Positions 36,137 through 46,696 of a stretch of DNA of 64,000 nucleotides are shown here, one piece after another. Below the pieces are notes generated by a model. The model was not told where the DNA came from, did not search any database, and worked only from the letters and a program-made list of their open reading frames with translations. Position numbers and translations under genes: made by a program. The stretch is from an uncultured delta proteobacterium (GTDB lineage Bacteria; Desulfobacterota; Desulfomonilia; UBA1062). The stretch lies in assembly GCA_963785235.1 (NCBI GenBank), contig CAWAUM010000003.1, positions 160,001-224,000 of the forward strand, written 5' to 3'. Each line of letters begins with the position of its first letter. Position 1 is the stretch's first letter.

Positions 36137-38068
36137 TCAGTTGAAGTCTGAAGGTGCAGGCCTGTCACGCCTGCCTCCTGTGCCGCCTTCCTCCATGATC
36201 TCTTCATTCTTCACTACCTTATGCCATCCCTTTTTCTCATCCTTGGCCTGTTCAAGGTAGGACTTGAGGGTCAACTCCTGTTTTTTCGTCATGAGCTGCC
36301 TCATGATCATATCATTTTGTTTCTTATCCATAGCCCTGATGTCTGCTGTCTTCTTGGACTTCATCCACACCAGGTATACTGTTCCCTTATTCTCAAAGAC
36401 CTTGGGGCTTTTCAGTGAATCAAGATCATCGGCGAGTTTGGGTACCATGGACAGCTTGGGCACGGCAGACGCTGCCCGTGTGAACTCCCCTGTTGTGCCG
36501 GGGTTCAGGGCGTTCAACTGCTCGGGTGACCCGGCAGCAAGCTTCTTTGCATACTCCTTTGCCTTTTCAACAGAGGTCTTTGCCCTGATGTCTGCGGTGA
36601 CACGGTCCGCCACTTCCTTCAGATCAGGTATACGGGAAGGTTCCTTCTTGGTTACCATGTAGATAAGGAACCCGACCGGGGTGCTTGCAACCTCGCCAAG
36701 CTCTCCTGTCTGGAAGGTAAAGGCCTTCTTTACCGCCTCGGGACTCATGGAGAGCCCTGATTCCTGCCCCTCGGAGAAAGGCCCTGCATGCTTGACAAGG
36801 AGGTTATTTGCCTTGGCAAAGGCATCAAGGTCAGGCTTTGACTGCTCATAAAGCTGCATGAATGCCTTTTCGGCTTCTGCACGGGCGGTTATCTTGGCCC
36901 GTTGAAGCCTTAAGGTATCGGTCACGGTGGCTTCAACCTTCTCGAAGGGGGTGGCCTTTTTCTCCTCCTTGGCCTCAAGCTTTAAAATATGTACGCCCAA
37001 AGGAGACCTTACCGGCCCTTTTACCTCTCCTTGCTTCATGGATTCAAGCACCTCCCCCACACCCTGGGGAAAGCCTTCACGTGGCAGCATACCCATATCT
37101 CCGCCCTTCTTGGCGGTCTGCTCATCTTCGGAATATTGTGCGGCCAGGGCAGCAAAATCCTTACCCGCATTCGCCTCATCCACTATCTTCTTTATCAGCT
37201 GTTCCTTCTGTGCAAGCACATTGGCATCGGCTCCCTCGGCAATCTTGATGAGGATATTACGCACATGATACTTAGCCGGCTCGCTGTAGTCTGTTTTATG
37301 GCCTTCATAATAATCCAGGACTTCTTCCTTGGTGACCTGAGTGCCCGCCAGATAACCGGCAGCCGGATATTCAATGGCGCCAAGGGTGATCTTGGGCGGG
37401 AGCTTGTATCGATCTTTGTTGGTATCGAAGTACGACTGAATCTCTTTGGGATCCGGCTGTACATCCTTGGCAAAGGTTGCTGAGTCAATGGCAATATAGG
37501 CCAATTCATATGAATCATTCATGTAATGGTATGTGGCTTGGAGTTCAGACCTTGGCACTGTTACGTTTTCGGTGAGCACGCCCACAAAACGCTGCTTCAC
37601 TATGTCCTTGCTCAGCTTCAGTTCAAAATCAGCAGGTGTAAGGCGTTCGTATTCGAGATACCTCCTGTAGCTGGAATCATCAAACTTTCCTTCCCTGCTA
37701 AAGGCAGGAACCTGGGCAATGGTTTGCTGAAGATCCGACTCCGTAACCTCGATGCCCATTTTTTTGGCATCAACCTCAATAATATATTCATCGATCAGCT
37801 GGTCAAGCACTGTCTTCTTGAGATTAAGCTTATTGAGCATCTCTTGAGTCAGGGCATTGCCGAAACGATCCTGGTACATTTTTAACTGTTCCGTATATGC
37901 CTTTGAGAATTGCTCCAATGATATGATGTGCCGGTCGATCTTGGCGACCATGCTCGCCTCGCGTGATAGATAGGAGCTGCCTCCCCAAAGAACGAACACG
38001 ACGATAATGGCCCCGAAGGCAGTGTAGGCGAGCCAGCCTTTAGAATGTTTGCGGAAATAGGTAAGCAT
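36137..38068 (-). CDS. PpiD/SurA-N-terminal-domain peptidyl-prolyl isomerase
   Basis: N-terminal anchor FVLWG, SurA_N region, parvulin motifs DFAALAAQYSED..GGDMG and GVHILK. Confidence 0.88.
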   Translation of the reverse strand: MLTYFRKHSKGWLAYTAFGAIIVVFVLWGGSSYLSREASMVAKIDRHIISLEQFSKAYTEQLKMYQDRFGNALTQEMLNKLNLKKTVLDQLIDEYIIEVDAKKMGIEVTESDLQQTIAQVPAFSREGKFDDSSYRRYLEYERLTPADFELKLSKDIVKQRFVGVLTENVTVPRSELQATYHYMNDSYELAYIAIDSATFAKDVQPDPKEIQSYFDTNKDRYKLPPKITLGAIEYPAAGYLAGTQVTKEEVLDYYEGHKTDYSEPAKYHVRNILIKIAEGADANVLAQKEQLIKKIVDEANAGKDFAALAAQYSEDEQTAKKGGDMGMLPREGFPQGVGEVLESMKQGEVKGPVRSPLGVHILKLEAKEEKKATPFEKVEATVTDTLRLQRAKITARAEAEKAFMQLYEQSKPDLDAFAKANNLLVKHAGPFSEGQESGLSMSPEAVKKAFTFQTGELGEVASTPVGFLIYMVTKKEPSRIPDLKEVADRVTADIRAKTSVEKAKEYAKKLAAGSPEQLNALNPGTTGEFTRAASAVPKLSMVPKLADDLDSLKSPKVFENKGTVYLVWMKSKKTADIRAMDKKQNDMIMRQLMTKKQELTLKSYLEQAKDEKKGWHKVVKNEEIMEEGGTGGRRDRPAPSDFN

Positions 38069-38206
38069 TCAGATCTCCTTCATTTGCAATGGCATATTGA
38101 TGGGCAAAATAGTTGAAGAGGAAAAATATTGCAAGGATTTCATTTGTCGATATAATCTACATTGTTTTTACGGATGCCAGGTATACCGGTTCATGAAGGA
38201 GGATTT

Positions 38207-38482
38207 GTGGAAAGATTATTCTTTTTTGGCGGGGTAGGCGCTACTGTGGGGGGGTTTGCAGTAATTTTATATCAGGGCATCATCTTCCTTAAAGAAGGGG
38301 CATGGGTTCCCTATCCGGTCTTGAGCGTTATTGATACAGGGCCCGGCTCGCTGGGGGAGAGTCTTGTTGCAAACCAGACAGTTATGGATGTCCTGCAGAA
38401 ATGCCCTCTGTCCGCTGCGCTCATAGCCTTGGGTGTTATCCTGCTCCTGGTTGCCGGCAGGCTCAAGAACCGGTATGCGTAG
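38207..38482 (+). CDS. Small two-TM hypothetical membrane protein
   Basis: AGGAGG then GTG 38207; two hydrophobic segments. Confidence 0.6.
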   Translation: MERLFFFGGVGATVGGFAVILYQGIIFLKEGAWVPYPVLSVIDTGPGSLGESLVANQTVMDVLQKCPLSAALIALGVILLLVAGRLKNRYA

Positions 38483-38957
38483 CTTCATGCTTTAGGCTCC
38501 ACACCCCGAGCCCCTTTGACCTTGCCTCCCGTTCATAGACCATGAACAGGTCGCGCCAGGGATGGTAGAACTGCCGGTAAGCCCGTGCCCATCCATCACG
38601 GATAATTCGGCCATTCACCAGCACATCCCCAAGGGTAACATAGGCAAGTGTCCTGCCGTACTTGTCCTTAGGCGGGTCTCCTATGGTGAGGGTTACCTTT
38701 TTATTCAAGATCAGGGAGGTGAGGTACGCCTTGCTCTCCTGTCCACAGGGCTCCTCATCACGATAGGGTGATTGAACCTCAGGGGCGTCTACACCCATGA
38801 GCCTGATCTTCCTGTGATCGTCCAGCAAAATGGTGTCTCCGTCAAAAACCTGCATGACCAGGTGGGTTCCGCCATCCCCAAGCGCATGGTAGACACCCAG
38901 CAGAAGAATGACTGCAATCGATGCAACCGGCAAAAGGATCTTGTTAGGTCTTGCCAT
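38463..38957 (-). CDS. Thermonuclease (SNase-like), membrane-anchored
   Basis: DGDTI, IRLMGVDAPE, DKYGRTLAYV, ARSKGLGVW. Confidence 0.9.
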   Translation of the reverse strand: MARPNKILLPVASIAVILLLGVYHALGDGGTHLVMQVFDGDTILLDDHRKIRLMGVDAPEVQSPYRDEEPCGQESKAYLTSLILNKKVTLTIGDPPKDKYGRTLAYVTLGDVLVNGRIIRDGWARAYRQFYHPWRDLFMVYEREARSKGLGVWSLKHEATHTGS

Positions 38958-39068
38958 AAGCCGAACCCTTACGTTCAGATTTTATGAATGTACCCATAAT
39001 TGTTTCATGCATTTTTGTGCCTAAAGCATAGTACTCATAGTGATCATGGAATTCTTCTTAAAAATAGG

Positions 39069-39152
39069 TCCGTTCAAATCATTCATCTTGCAGCCTTGAA
39101 GGACCGAGATAATAGCATTCCGCAAGGCTGCAAGATGAATGATTTGAACGGA
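39069..39152. repeat. Perfect 30-bp inverted repeat with 24-nt spacer (MITE-like hairpin)
   Basis: TCCGTTCAAATCATTCATCTTGCAGCCTTG at 39069-39098 and its exact reverse complement at 39123-39152. Confidence 0.9.
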
Positions 39153-39192
39153 TCAGTTTTACTCCTCTTAACCACAAAATCCGACTGACCTC

Positions 39193-40329
39193 TCACTTCC
39201 CGGCCAGTTCTCCAAGGTCGGCCAGGATTGTGCTTGAATACAGTTCATTGTTGATAACCGGGGCCAGATGCGTGCCGGGCAGAATCCTTAAGGTGAGTCG
39301 TTCGGGATTTTCTGTGATGTCGGAATAGAAGGTCTGTCTGAAGCGTTCCAGATCATCTTCGGTGACATTGTCCGGGTCCTTGATGCCAAGCTGCCGCTGG
39401 GGACTCATGCAGGAATCATCACGGCCAAAGATAACCGCGATGCGTTCAAGATGGGATGCCGTTAAAGTGGTGCTGTCGCAATACCTGCTGCAATCACGGA
39501 TATCCTTGAAAACACGCCTGAGCTTGGCTGGATGGAGGTTGACGGCTGCGGCAGAGACGGACCGGAAAAAATCACCGGCAAATCCCTTGGTGAATCCCCA
39601 GGCAGACCCAAAAGTCTGCCCTGCATGACCGCTCATCTTCGTGGTTATCCTTACACATTCAAGGGCGAACTTTCCGGTCAGGCCCCAGGGGCCCCAGTGT
39701 TCGTATCCGGCGGGGCAGACCTGACCCAGGGAACAAACCGATGAGGGATAGGCATGGGCGAAGCGCCTCGCCAGAATTCCACCATGGGACCACCCGATTG
39801 ATACAATGCTGGTGCCTGTGTTGTCATTTTCAGGTGCCATGTTCAACCCATTGACTGCCACGGGCATGCTGGTGACCGGCACAAACCCCCTTACGCTCAT
39901 GCCTTCACGTGCGAGAATGAAGCGCACCATCTCCATGAGGATGACATCCTTGCCCTTGTCGCCATGGAAAGAGGACTTGGCTCCATACGGGGTGTCGCAA
40001 ACGGGTATGATCACCATGCCGGATCTGCTTAAAAGGGCAAGCCTGCTGGTAAACTCATATGCATCATCGGGTCTCTGGGCATGCCCATGGAAGAAGACAA
40101 TTACCGGTCCTGCGGGATAACCCCGAGCTGCATCAGCTGCCTTTTCTTCGGCCGTGCGCGCATCAATGAACAGACAGAAGCCTTTGATAGTCTCATCATT
40201 GAAGGCTACGGACAAGGTTTCCACTTGAGCGCTTGACGGCACAGACCTCTCAGATGCTTTGCCCGAAACAGGAACAGTGAATGCAGCAAGGATAATCGGC
40301 AGAATAATCTTCATCCTCATGGTGATCAT
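39193..40329 (-). CDS. Secreted alpha/beta hydrolase
   Basis: Signal peptide, FFHGH, nucleophile elbow GWSHGG, GRDD, C-terminal GTHLAP. Confidence 0.7.
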   Translation of the reverse strand: MITMRMKIILPIILAAFTVPVSGKASERSVPSSAQVETLSVAFNDETIKGFCLFIDARTAEEKAADAARGYPAGPVIVFFHGHAQRPDDAYEFTSRLALLSRSGMVIIPVCDTPYGAKSSFHGDKGKDVILMEMVRFILAREGMSVRGFVPVTSMPVAVNGLNMAPENDNTGTSIVSIGWSHGGILARRFAHAYPSSVCSLGQVCPAGYEHWGPWGLTGKFALECVRITTKMSGHAGQTFGSAWGFTKGFAGDFFRSVSAAAVNLHPAKLRRVFKDIRDCSRYCDSTTLTASHLERIAVIFGRDDSCMSPQRQLGIKDPDNVTEDDLERFRQTFYSDITENPERLTLRILPGTHLAPVINNELYSSTILADLGELAGK

Positions 40330-41015
40330 TTTGTGCCGTTGGATTTATTAGATCCCTTCTCAATATCCAAGATGGTGTGCCCGCCGGGGAATGACTTGGT
40401 CACGTACTCATGCAGGTTCTCCATCTTCCTGATGATATCACGGATCTTCCTGGCCTCGGTGAGAATCTGTTGTGCCATCTCTCTGGCTTCTACGCCGTCA
40501 ACGCCTTTTTTAATGGCACTTGCCTCCCCCATGAGCACGGTAAGCGGCTGGAAGACCTCATGGGCAGTAGTGGATGCAAGCTGGTTAACCATCTCGAAAT
40601 ATTTAAGCCTGTCCTGTTCATCGCGTATGGCGACATACTCAAAGGCTTTTTTTATAGTGAATTTGAGCAGATCGGCGCTGAAGGGCTTCATGATATAATC
40701 GTACGCACCTGTCCGCAGTGCGACAATGACACTGTCAATGGTGGCATAGCCGGTGATGACCACGATGAGTGTGTTCATGTGGCGCTTGTGGATAAAATCG
40801 ATAATGGCCATCCCGTCGACGTCGGGCATCCTCAAATCCGTGATCACAACCGGATAATCCTTTTCGGAAAGAAGCCTGATACCCATCTCACCGCCTACGG
40901 CTATATCAACCTTGATGCCGTCTTCGCTCAAGATGTCTTCTACCAGGTAACAGTCCCCCTCATCGTCATCAATGACAAGGACACTTTTGTTTTCCAGGGA
41001 GGTCAAGGATTTCAT
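40326..41015 (-). CDS. Receiver domain fused to a HisKA(DHp)-like helix pair with no ATPase domain
   Basis: VIDDD, TDLRMP, TGY, KPF, then ASTTAHEVFQPLTVLMG. Confidence 0.82.
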   Translation of the reverse strand: MKSLTSLENKSVLVIDDDEGDCYLVEDILSEDGIKVDIAVGGEMGIRLLSEKDYPVVITDLRMPDVDGMAIIDFIHKRHMNTLIVVITGYATIDSVIVALRTGAYDYIMKPFSADLLKFTIKKAFEYVAIRDEQDRLKYFEMVNQLASTTAHEVFQPLTVLMGEASAIKKGVDGVEAREMAQQILTEARKIRDIIRKMENLHEYVTKSFPGGHTILDIEKGSNKSNGTK

Positions 41016-41024
41016 CTATAATTA

Positions 41025-41053
41025 AGAATAAATGAGACTGTTCAATATATCAA
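41025..41053 (-). promoter_or_regulatory. Putative sigma-70 promoter for the response regulator
   Basis: TTGATA-17 nt-TATTCT ending 9 nt before ATG 41015. Confidence 0.45.
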
Positions 41054-41084
41054 GACCAGGATTGGGGAAATTTGTGAAAAGATT

Positions 41085-41122
41085 AAAAAAACTAAAAGGC
41101 CCGGCAGGAAACCTGGCGGGTT
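41085..41122 (-). terminator. Probable intrinsic terminator
   Basis: CCCGCCAGG-TTT-CCTGCCGGG (one mismatch) followed by CCTTTTAGTTTTTT. Confidence 0.45.
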
Positions 41123-41131
41123 TATAAAAAA

Positions 41132-41320
41132 TCAGTTATCCGTCTTGGTGAGGTCCAGGTTGCCCAGGTAGGAATGCACCATGGCAACTGCCGGGGCAAG
41201 GAGCGGATTGTTGTGCTCATCATATTCCACTACGAATCTTTCCCCTGCGAAGTAGATCACTACGGGTCTTACTTCTTCCCACTTGTTCACGAGTCCTTCC
41301 CTGTACTCTTCCATTCTCAT
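41132..41320 (-). CDS. Small hypothetical protein
   Basis: 62-aa ORF with purine-rich RBS, lying between a gene and a terminator. Confidence 0.5.
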   Translation of the reverse strand: MRMEEYREGLVNKWEEVRPVVIYFAGERFVVEYDEHNNPLLAPAVAMVHSYLGNLDLTKTDN

Positions 41321-41388
41321 ATGAAGCGTCCCTTCTTCTTCCTATTGTTACTTATCGGGTAAAATAGTGCTCACTTAAGAGGTTATTC

Positions 41389-42603
41389 TCAGCTCATTCC
41401 GAATATCATGGCAAAACGGCCTAACCCACCTTTGAACTCCTGGTTATAGCTTCTCAGATCAGGCGGATCTATAACTACCTTGCCGAGATATTCCAGGCAC
41501 TGGGAGGTCTTGCACTTGGGGTTCACAATTGTGAACGGCTTTCTCTGGGACTCTGCGGCACGGATAGTATCCTTGTCATAGAGGACCCCGCCGAGGTACT
41601 CGGGCTTTACTGAAAAGAGGGTCTCCATATTGTTGATCCTCTCGTCTGCGGTCTGACATATCCTGTTAAAGATGAATATCCCCTGGTTGAGGTTTGTAAC
41701 CTGATTCATTACCACCCACGGCTTGTAGACCCTGCGCGGCTTATAAAACTCGACCTTTTCCATGAGTTTCTCTTCTATGGCCTTAAACTGCTGAAACGAG
41801 GCCTTGATGCACGCATAACCTGCAATAATGTCCTGCGGGGTCGTGATGATGAGGCTCTCGTCTGAAGCCATGGCAAAATCAAGTACCGTGGTAGTGATAC
41901 CTGCGCTTAAGTCGAAGATGGTGAAGTCATAATTTTCGCTGATCTTTCTGAAGCTCCTGATGAACTTGGATCGCTGGATGTAATTGATATTGGCAAGTTT
42001 GAACTCGCCGGAACTCCCTGCAATAAGGTCAAACCCCAGCGGGGTCTTTTCAATCATTTTTTCCAGATCCACATCACCCAAGAGAAAATCATAAAGGGTG
42101 TATTCGGGGAAAAGTGCCAGTTTGTTCGATATATCGGCATTGCCGAGGTCGGCATCGATGAGCAGCACCTTTTTTTTGAGACCACCCAGGACCTTTGCCA
42201 TGTTCATGGCAATATGGGTCTTCCCTACCCCTCCCTTATTGGAGATGATTGATATTGTCCGGCTCGTTCGAAGGGCATCCTTACCTTGAGCTTCCGCCAT
42301 GCCTTGCCCATCCGGATAATACATCTCTATGGCCTTCTTGATAGCCTCCACGTCCGCGAGCGCCGGGTAGACTTTCCTTCCCATGTGCGTGCTTAAGGTG
42401 CTGATCAGGTCCTTGTGATCAGGGTCTGCAATGGCAACCAGCACTCCGTCTCCAAGAAAACGTATGGGCAGGCTGGAATACTCCCTTGCAAATGCCTGCT
42501 TTAAAATCTTTAAGCATCTTGGATCAGGTGCCTCACGAGAGATGTCAATGAATGGCATGCCGCTCTTGTGTGCCAATGTCCTGATATCGGAATTCTTCAT
42601 CAT
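41389..42603 (-). CDS. GspE/PilB N-terminal domain fused to a MinD/FlhG-type ATPase
   Basis: LAHKSGMPFIDI..VLVAIADP..AIEMYY (T2SSE_N-like); SNKGGVGKT, LLIDADLGNA, FDLSAG. Confidence 0.78.
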   Translation of the reverse strand: MMKNSDIRTLAHKSGMPFIDISREAPDPRCLKILKQAFAREYSSLPIRFLGDGVLVAIADPDHKDLISTLSTHMGRKVYPALADVEAIKKAIEMYYPDGQGMAEAQGKDALRTSRTISIISNKGGVGKTHIAMNMAKVLGGLKKKVLLIDADLGNADISNKLALFPEYTLYDFLLGDVDLEKMIEKTPLGFDLIAGSSGEFKLANINYIQRSKFIRSFRKISENYDFTIFDLSAGITTTVLDFAMASDESLIITTPQDIIAGYACIKASFQQFKAIEEKLMEKVEFYKPRRVYKPWVVMNQVTNLNQGIFIFNRICQTADERINNMETLFSVKPEYLGGVLYDKDTIRAAESQRKPFTIVNPKCKTSQCLEYLGKVVIDPPDLRSYNQEFKGGLGRFAMIFGMS

Positions 42604-42650
42604 ATGGGCCTCTTCCTCTTACTAGTCTTCGGAAAAAACCCAAAAAAGCT

Positions 42651-45222
42651 TTAATGATAATCGCCTTTCGTTATCATTTCCTGGAGATGGTGGAGAATAT
42701 TCAAGGATTGAAGAGGGGTAAGGGTATCCAGGTCAATCTTTAAAATCTCATGGATAATTGCTGCATTCTTGTCTTCAAAGAGGCTTGCCTGGACAGGTGC
42801 AGTCTGATGTGCCACCGGAAGTGTCTTTGCCTTTGAGGTTATGGCAGCAAGGATGCCTTTAGCCTTTTCCACCACCTCATCAGGGATACCGGCAAGTCTG
42901 GCCACGTAAATGCCATAGCTCCTGCCTACGGCCCCTCGCTTGAGGACCCTGAGGAACACCACCTCGCTGCCGCTCTCTTCAACACTGAGGTGGTAGTTCT
43001 TGATCCCCTTGTGCCTGCGGGAGAGGTCGGCAAGTTCGTGATAATGGGTGGCAAAAAAGGTTCTGACCCGGCGCTCATCAAGGTATTCTGCAACGGCCCA
43101 GGCGATGGACATGCCGTCATAGGTGGAGGTGCCTCTTCCGATCTCATCCAAGATCACCAGGCTTTTCGATGTGGCATTATTGAGGATGTCTGCAGTCTCG
43201 CTCATCTCAACAAAAAAGGTGCTCTGCCCGGCAGACAGGTTATCCAGCGCACCGATCCTGGTGAAGATGCGGTCCACCAGGCCTATGGATGCCTTTTTTG
43301 CCGGTACGAACGAGCCCATCTGGGCCATGAGACAGATAAGCGCCACCTGGCGCATGTAGGTGGACTTGCCCGCCATGTTGGGCCCGGTTATGACATGGAT
43401 GGTATCGCGCTCGGCATCAAAGGAGCACTCATTGGGCACGAACTCGCCCGACCTGAGAACCTTCTCCACTACAGGGTGTCTGCCTGCATGGATCTCAATG
43501 CGCCGGTCGTATCCGACCTGCGGCCTCACATACCCGTTCTGCACGGCGACCCAGGCAAGGCAGCCCAGCACGTCCAGACAGGCAAGGGAGCGGACCGTAC
43601 CTTGCAGCAATGGGATGAAGGGGATGACAGATTCCCTGAGCTCCTTGAAGATGCGCTGCTCAATAGCTGAAATGGCCTCCTGTGCTCCCAGAAGCCTGGC
43701 CTCGTATTCTTTCAGCTCAGGGGTAATGTACCGTTCGGCATTCACGAGCGTCTGTTTGCGGATGTACGAATCAGGGGCCTTTACGGCATTTGCCTTGGTG
43801 ATCTCTATGTAGTAGCCAAAGACCTTATTGTAGCCGATCTTCAGCGTGCTGATGCCCGTGGCCTCCCGCTCCTTGGCCTCCAGCGAAGCGATCCACTGCC
43901 TTGAGTCCTTCCGCAGCAGCCTCAACTCATCGAGTTCGCCGTCCACGCCATGGGCGATCACATTGCCGTCAGCCAGGCGTATGGGTGGTGTCTCCACAAG
44001 GGTATGTGCTATCTTTTCCTTGAGCTCCACAAGCGGGTCCATCCCCTGCCTGACCTCAAAAAGAAGTGCTTCCTCAAACCCATCCAGCAGGGCCTTGATC
44101 CGGGGTACCTGATCAAGCCCTTCGGCCAGCGAGCGCATGTCCCGTGGACTTGCAGACCCTGCTGAGATACGGCCGATAATCCTGCTCCATGTCCGGGATA
44201 TCACTGAGCACCTCGCGCATGGTGTTCAGCAATTGCCCCTGTGAAACAAGAGCCTCCACGGCTGAAAGCCTCTGGTTGATCTCACAGGCGTCCATGAGGG
44301 GAAAGGCCATCCAGTCAGCGAGCATACGCGCTCCCATGGAGGTGCCTGTACGGTTGAGCAGGGCAAAGAGCGTGTGCTCCTTCAGGCCTGAGATGGCATC
44401 GAACAGCTCCAGGTTGCGCTTGGTGGTGGGGCCGAGCATCATGAAGCGGCCCGGGTTATAGAGGTTGAGTGAGGTGATATTGGGCATCACAGCCTTATGT
44501 GTCTGCCTCACATATTCCAGCACCATGCCGGATGCCCTCAGGGCCAAAGGGGCATCCTTCAGGCCGAAGCCATCCATGGTGAGTGTGCCGAAATGGCTGC
44601 TCAGGAGCTGCCCTGCACGCTCAGGAGTTATAGGTTGATCAAAGGCGGTCAGGAGAAATCCTTGAGGGATAATGCTAGTATCAGTGGCAAGGATCTCGCT
44701 GGGGCCCACCCGGAAGACCTCGGAGACAAAGTCCTGTCGTGAAGAAATCTCAGTGGCCCTGAAGTCGCCTGTGGATATGTCAATGAAGGCGATACCGAAC
44801 GTATCTTGCCGCTGGCCTGCGCTTACGGCCATGAGGTAGTTGGCCTTGTCCCTGGTGAGATGATCGTCCTCCACAATCAGGCCCGGTGTTATGACGCGCA
44901 CAACCTCCCGATGCACCAGGCCCTTGGCTCCGGGTGCAGGCTCAGACTGCTCGCAGATGGCCACCTTGTGGCCCAGACGGATGAGCCGGGATATGTAGGA
45001 CGACGCGCTGTGATACGGCAGGCCGCACATGGGCACCGGATTTTCCCTGCCCTTGTCCCTGGTGGTCAGTGCAAGACCCAGGATCTTGGATGCCGTGACG
45101 GCATCATCGTAGAACATCTCATAGAAGTCCCCCATGCGGTAGAAGAGGATGGTGTCCCTGCAGTCCCGTTTGATGTCCAGGTACTGCTGCATCATGGGGG
45201 TGAGGCTGTTCTCACTCTTCAT
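42651..45222 (-). CDS. mutS: DNA mismatch repair protein MutS (frameshift near 44185)
   Basis: TPMMQQY, FYRMGDFYEMF, TGPNMAGKSTYMRQ, DEIGRGTST, ATHYHEL. Confidence 0.95.
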
Positions 45223-45586
45223 GGATGGAGGCCTTTGAAGCCTTTTCTTCCTGATCCCGGTATTTGGCGAGGCAGGTGTGCTTGAAACGGCTGATAAACT
45301 TGGGGTGCTCCATGTAGGGCCTGTTGGTGTTCAGGAAGGACTCCTTCAAACCCGTCCTCACCCCTTGAAGGTCCCGTTCATGGACCGCAGATTTTTTGAT
45401 CACCCTGGTCATCTTCAGTTTGCCGCTGGGGCAATAGTGCCGGAGTTCGGTATCTTGTGCGCCCAGGTCCACCACCGTATCAAATTCCAGGTGGACCATG
45501 TACAGGTCGCCCGAAAGAACAGAGGTTTTGTCAAAGACCTCCACTACAATCCCGTTGCTGAATACGAATGTCTCCATAACGAACAC
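45212..45586 (-). CDS. Hypothetical protein overlapping the mutS start
   Basis: 124-aa ORF, co-oriented, stop overlaps the mutS start. Confidence 0.6.
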   Translation of the reverse strand: MFVMETFVFSNGIVVEVFDKTSVLSGDLYMVHLEFDTVVDLGAQDTELRHYCPSGKLKMTRVIKKSAVHERDLQGVRTGLKESFLNTNRPYMEHPKFISRFKHTCLAKYRDQEEKASKASIHEE

Positions 45587-45647
45587 CGTTAATACGCGAA
45601 GGAATGAAAATCAAGAAGGAGCTCGCAGGAAAATGGAAAAGATCGCA

Positions 45648-46430
45648 CTAGAACAGCGGCATGACCGACTTCATGAACACCCAGGCCTTTTCCATGGAAA
45701 CCTCCATGAACGCAGGCATCATCTTTATGATAAGCGTGGCGAATATGAGCCCAACGCCGATAGTGAGCGGGAATGCTACTATGAATATATTCATCTGGGG
45801 CAGTGCCCTGGTGATTACGCCAAGGGCGATGTTGACGAGCAGGAGTATGCCTATCACAGGTGCGGCCACCTTGATCCCGATGACAAACATCTGTCCTGCA
45901 TAGGTAATCACTGCCATCAGGAATTCCCGGTGGACCATACTCTCCCCTATGGGAATCACCTGGAAGCTTTGCACCATACCCTTGATAAGCATATAGTGAC
46001 CGCCCAAGGTAAAGAACAGCAGGAATGCAGTGATATACAGAACATTCGATATGATGGGGGCGCTGATCCCGCTCATGGGGTCAACCACATTCGCAATGGA
46101 GAAGCCCATCTGGAAGCCGATGAGCTCACCGGCGATCTGGATGCCTGCATAGATCACATCAATGGCCAGGCCTATGGCCACCCCTATGAGTACCTGTTGC
46201 AACACGATACTCACGAACATCAGGATGTTCAACTGTTCCGGCTTCACCTGTACCGGCGGTACAACGGGCAGGAGAACAAGACTTAAAAAAAAGGCAATAG
46301 TTGTTGTCACCCGCCTGGGGATGATCTCGGCATTGAAAAAAGGGACAAGGGCAAAGATGGTCCCGATACGGATAAAGATGAAGAACAGGGATAAAAAATC
46401 GCTCCGGGCGAGGTTGAACAGCTCATTCAT
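45648..46430 (-). CDS. fliR: Flagellar export protein FliR
   Basis: AGELIGFQMGFS..DP, RALPQMNIFIVAFP. Confidence 0.93.
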   Translation of the reverse strand: MNELFNLARSDFLSLFFIFIRIGTIFALVPFFNAEIIPRRVTTTIAFFLSLVLLPVVPPVQVKPEQLNILMFVSIVLQQVLIGVAIGLAIDVIYAGIQIAGELIGFQMGFSIANVVDPMSGISAPIISNVLYITAFLLFFTLGGHYMLIKGMVQSFQVIPIGESMVHREFLMAVITYAGQMFVIGIKVAAPVIGILLLVNIALGVITRALPQMNIFIVAFPLTIGVGLIFATLIIKMMPAFMEVSMEKAWVFMKSVMPLF

Positions 46431-46696
46431 CGTGCAAGCATGGGGATAGAGTTAAAGAGATTGATGGTGTATGTCGTAAGCTTCTCGATGACCCAGGGCA
46501 GGGTAAAAAGAAGTGCCATGAATACGGCAACGATCTTGGGCACAAAGGTGAGCGTCATCTCCTGGATCTGGGTGACGGCAGAGAAGACACTGATGGCAAG
46601 ACCCACCAGCAGGCCTATGATGAGCATGGGTGCCGACACGAGGAGAGTTATCTTGATGGCCTCGGCCATCATGGTTGTTACGGTTTCCGGCGTCAT
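46427..46696 (-). CDS. fliQ: Flagellar export protein FliQ
   Basis: AVTQIQEMTLTFVPK; ATG 46696. Confidence 0.93.
   Translation of the reverse strand: MTPETVTTMMAEAIKITLLVSAPMLIIGLLVGLAISVFSAVTQIQEMTLTFVPKIVAVFMALLFTLPWVIEKLTTYTINLFNSIPMLAR

Noticed and set aside
38463-38957. Thermonuclease as part of a defence or toxin system
   Set aside because: Ordinary membrane-anchored SNase with no partner defence genes nearby
45498-46286. Long antisense ORFs (also 49247-50017, 15049-15822, 24542-25303, 60682-61428)
   Set aside because: Shadows of well-supported genes on the opposite strand
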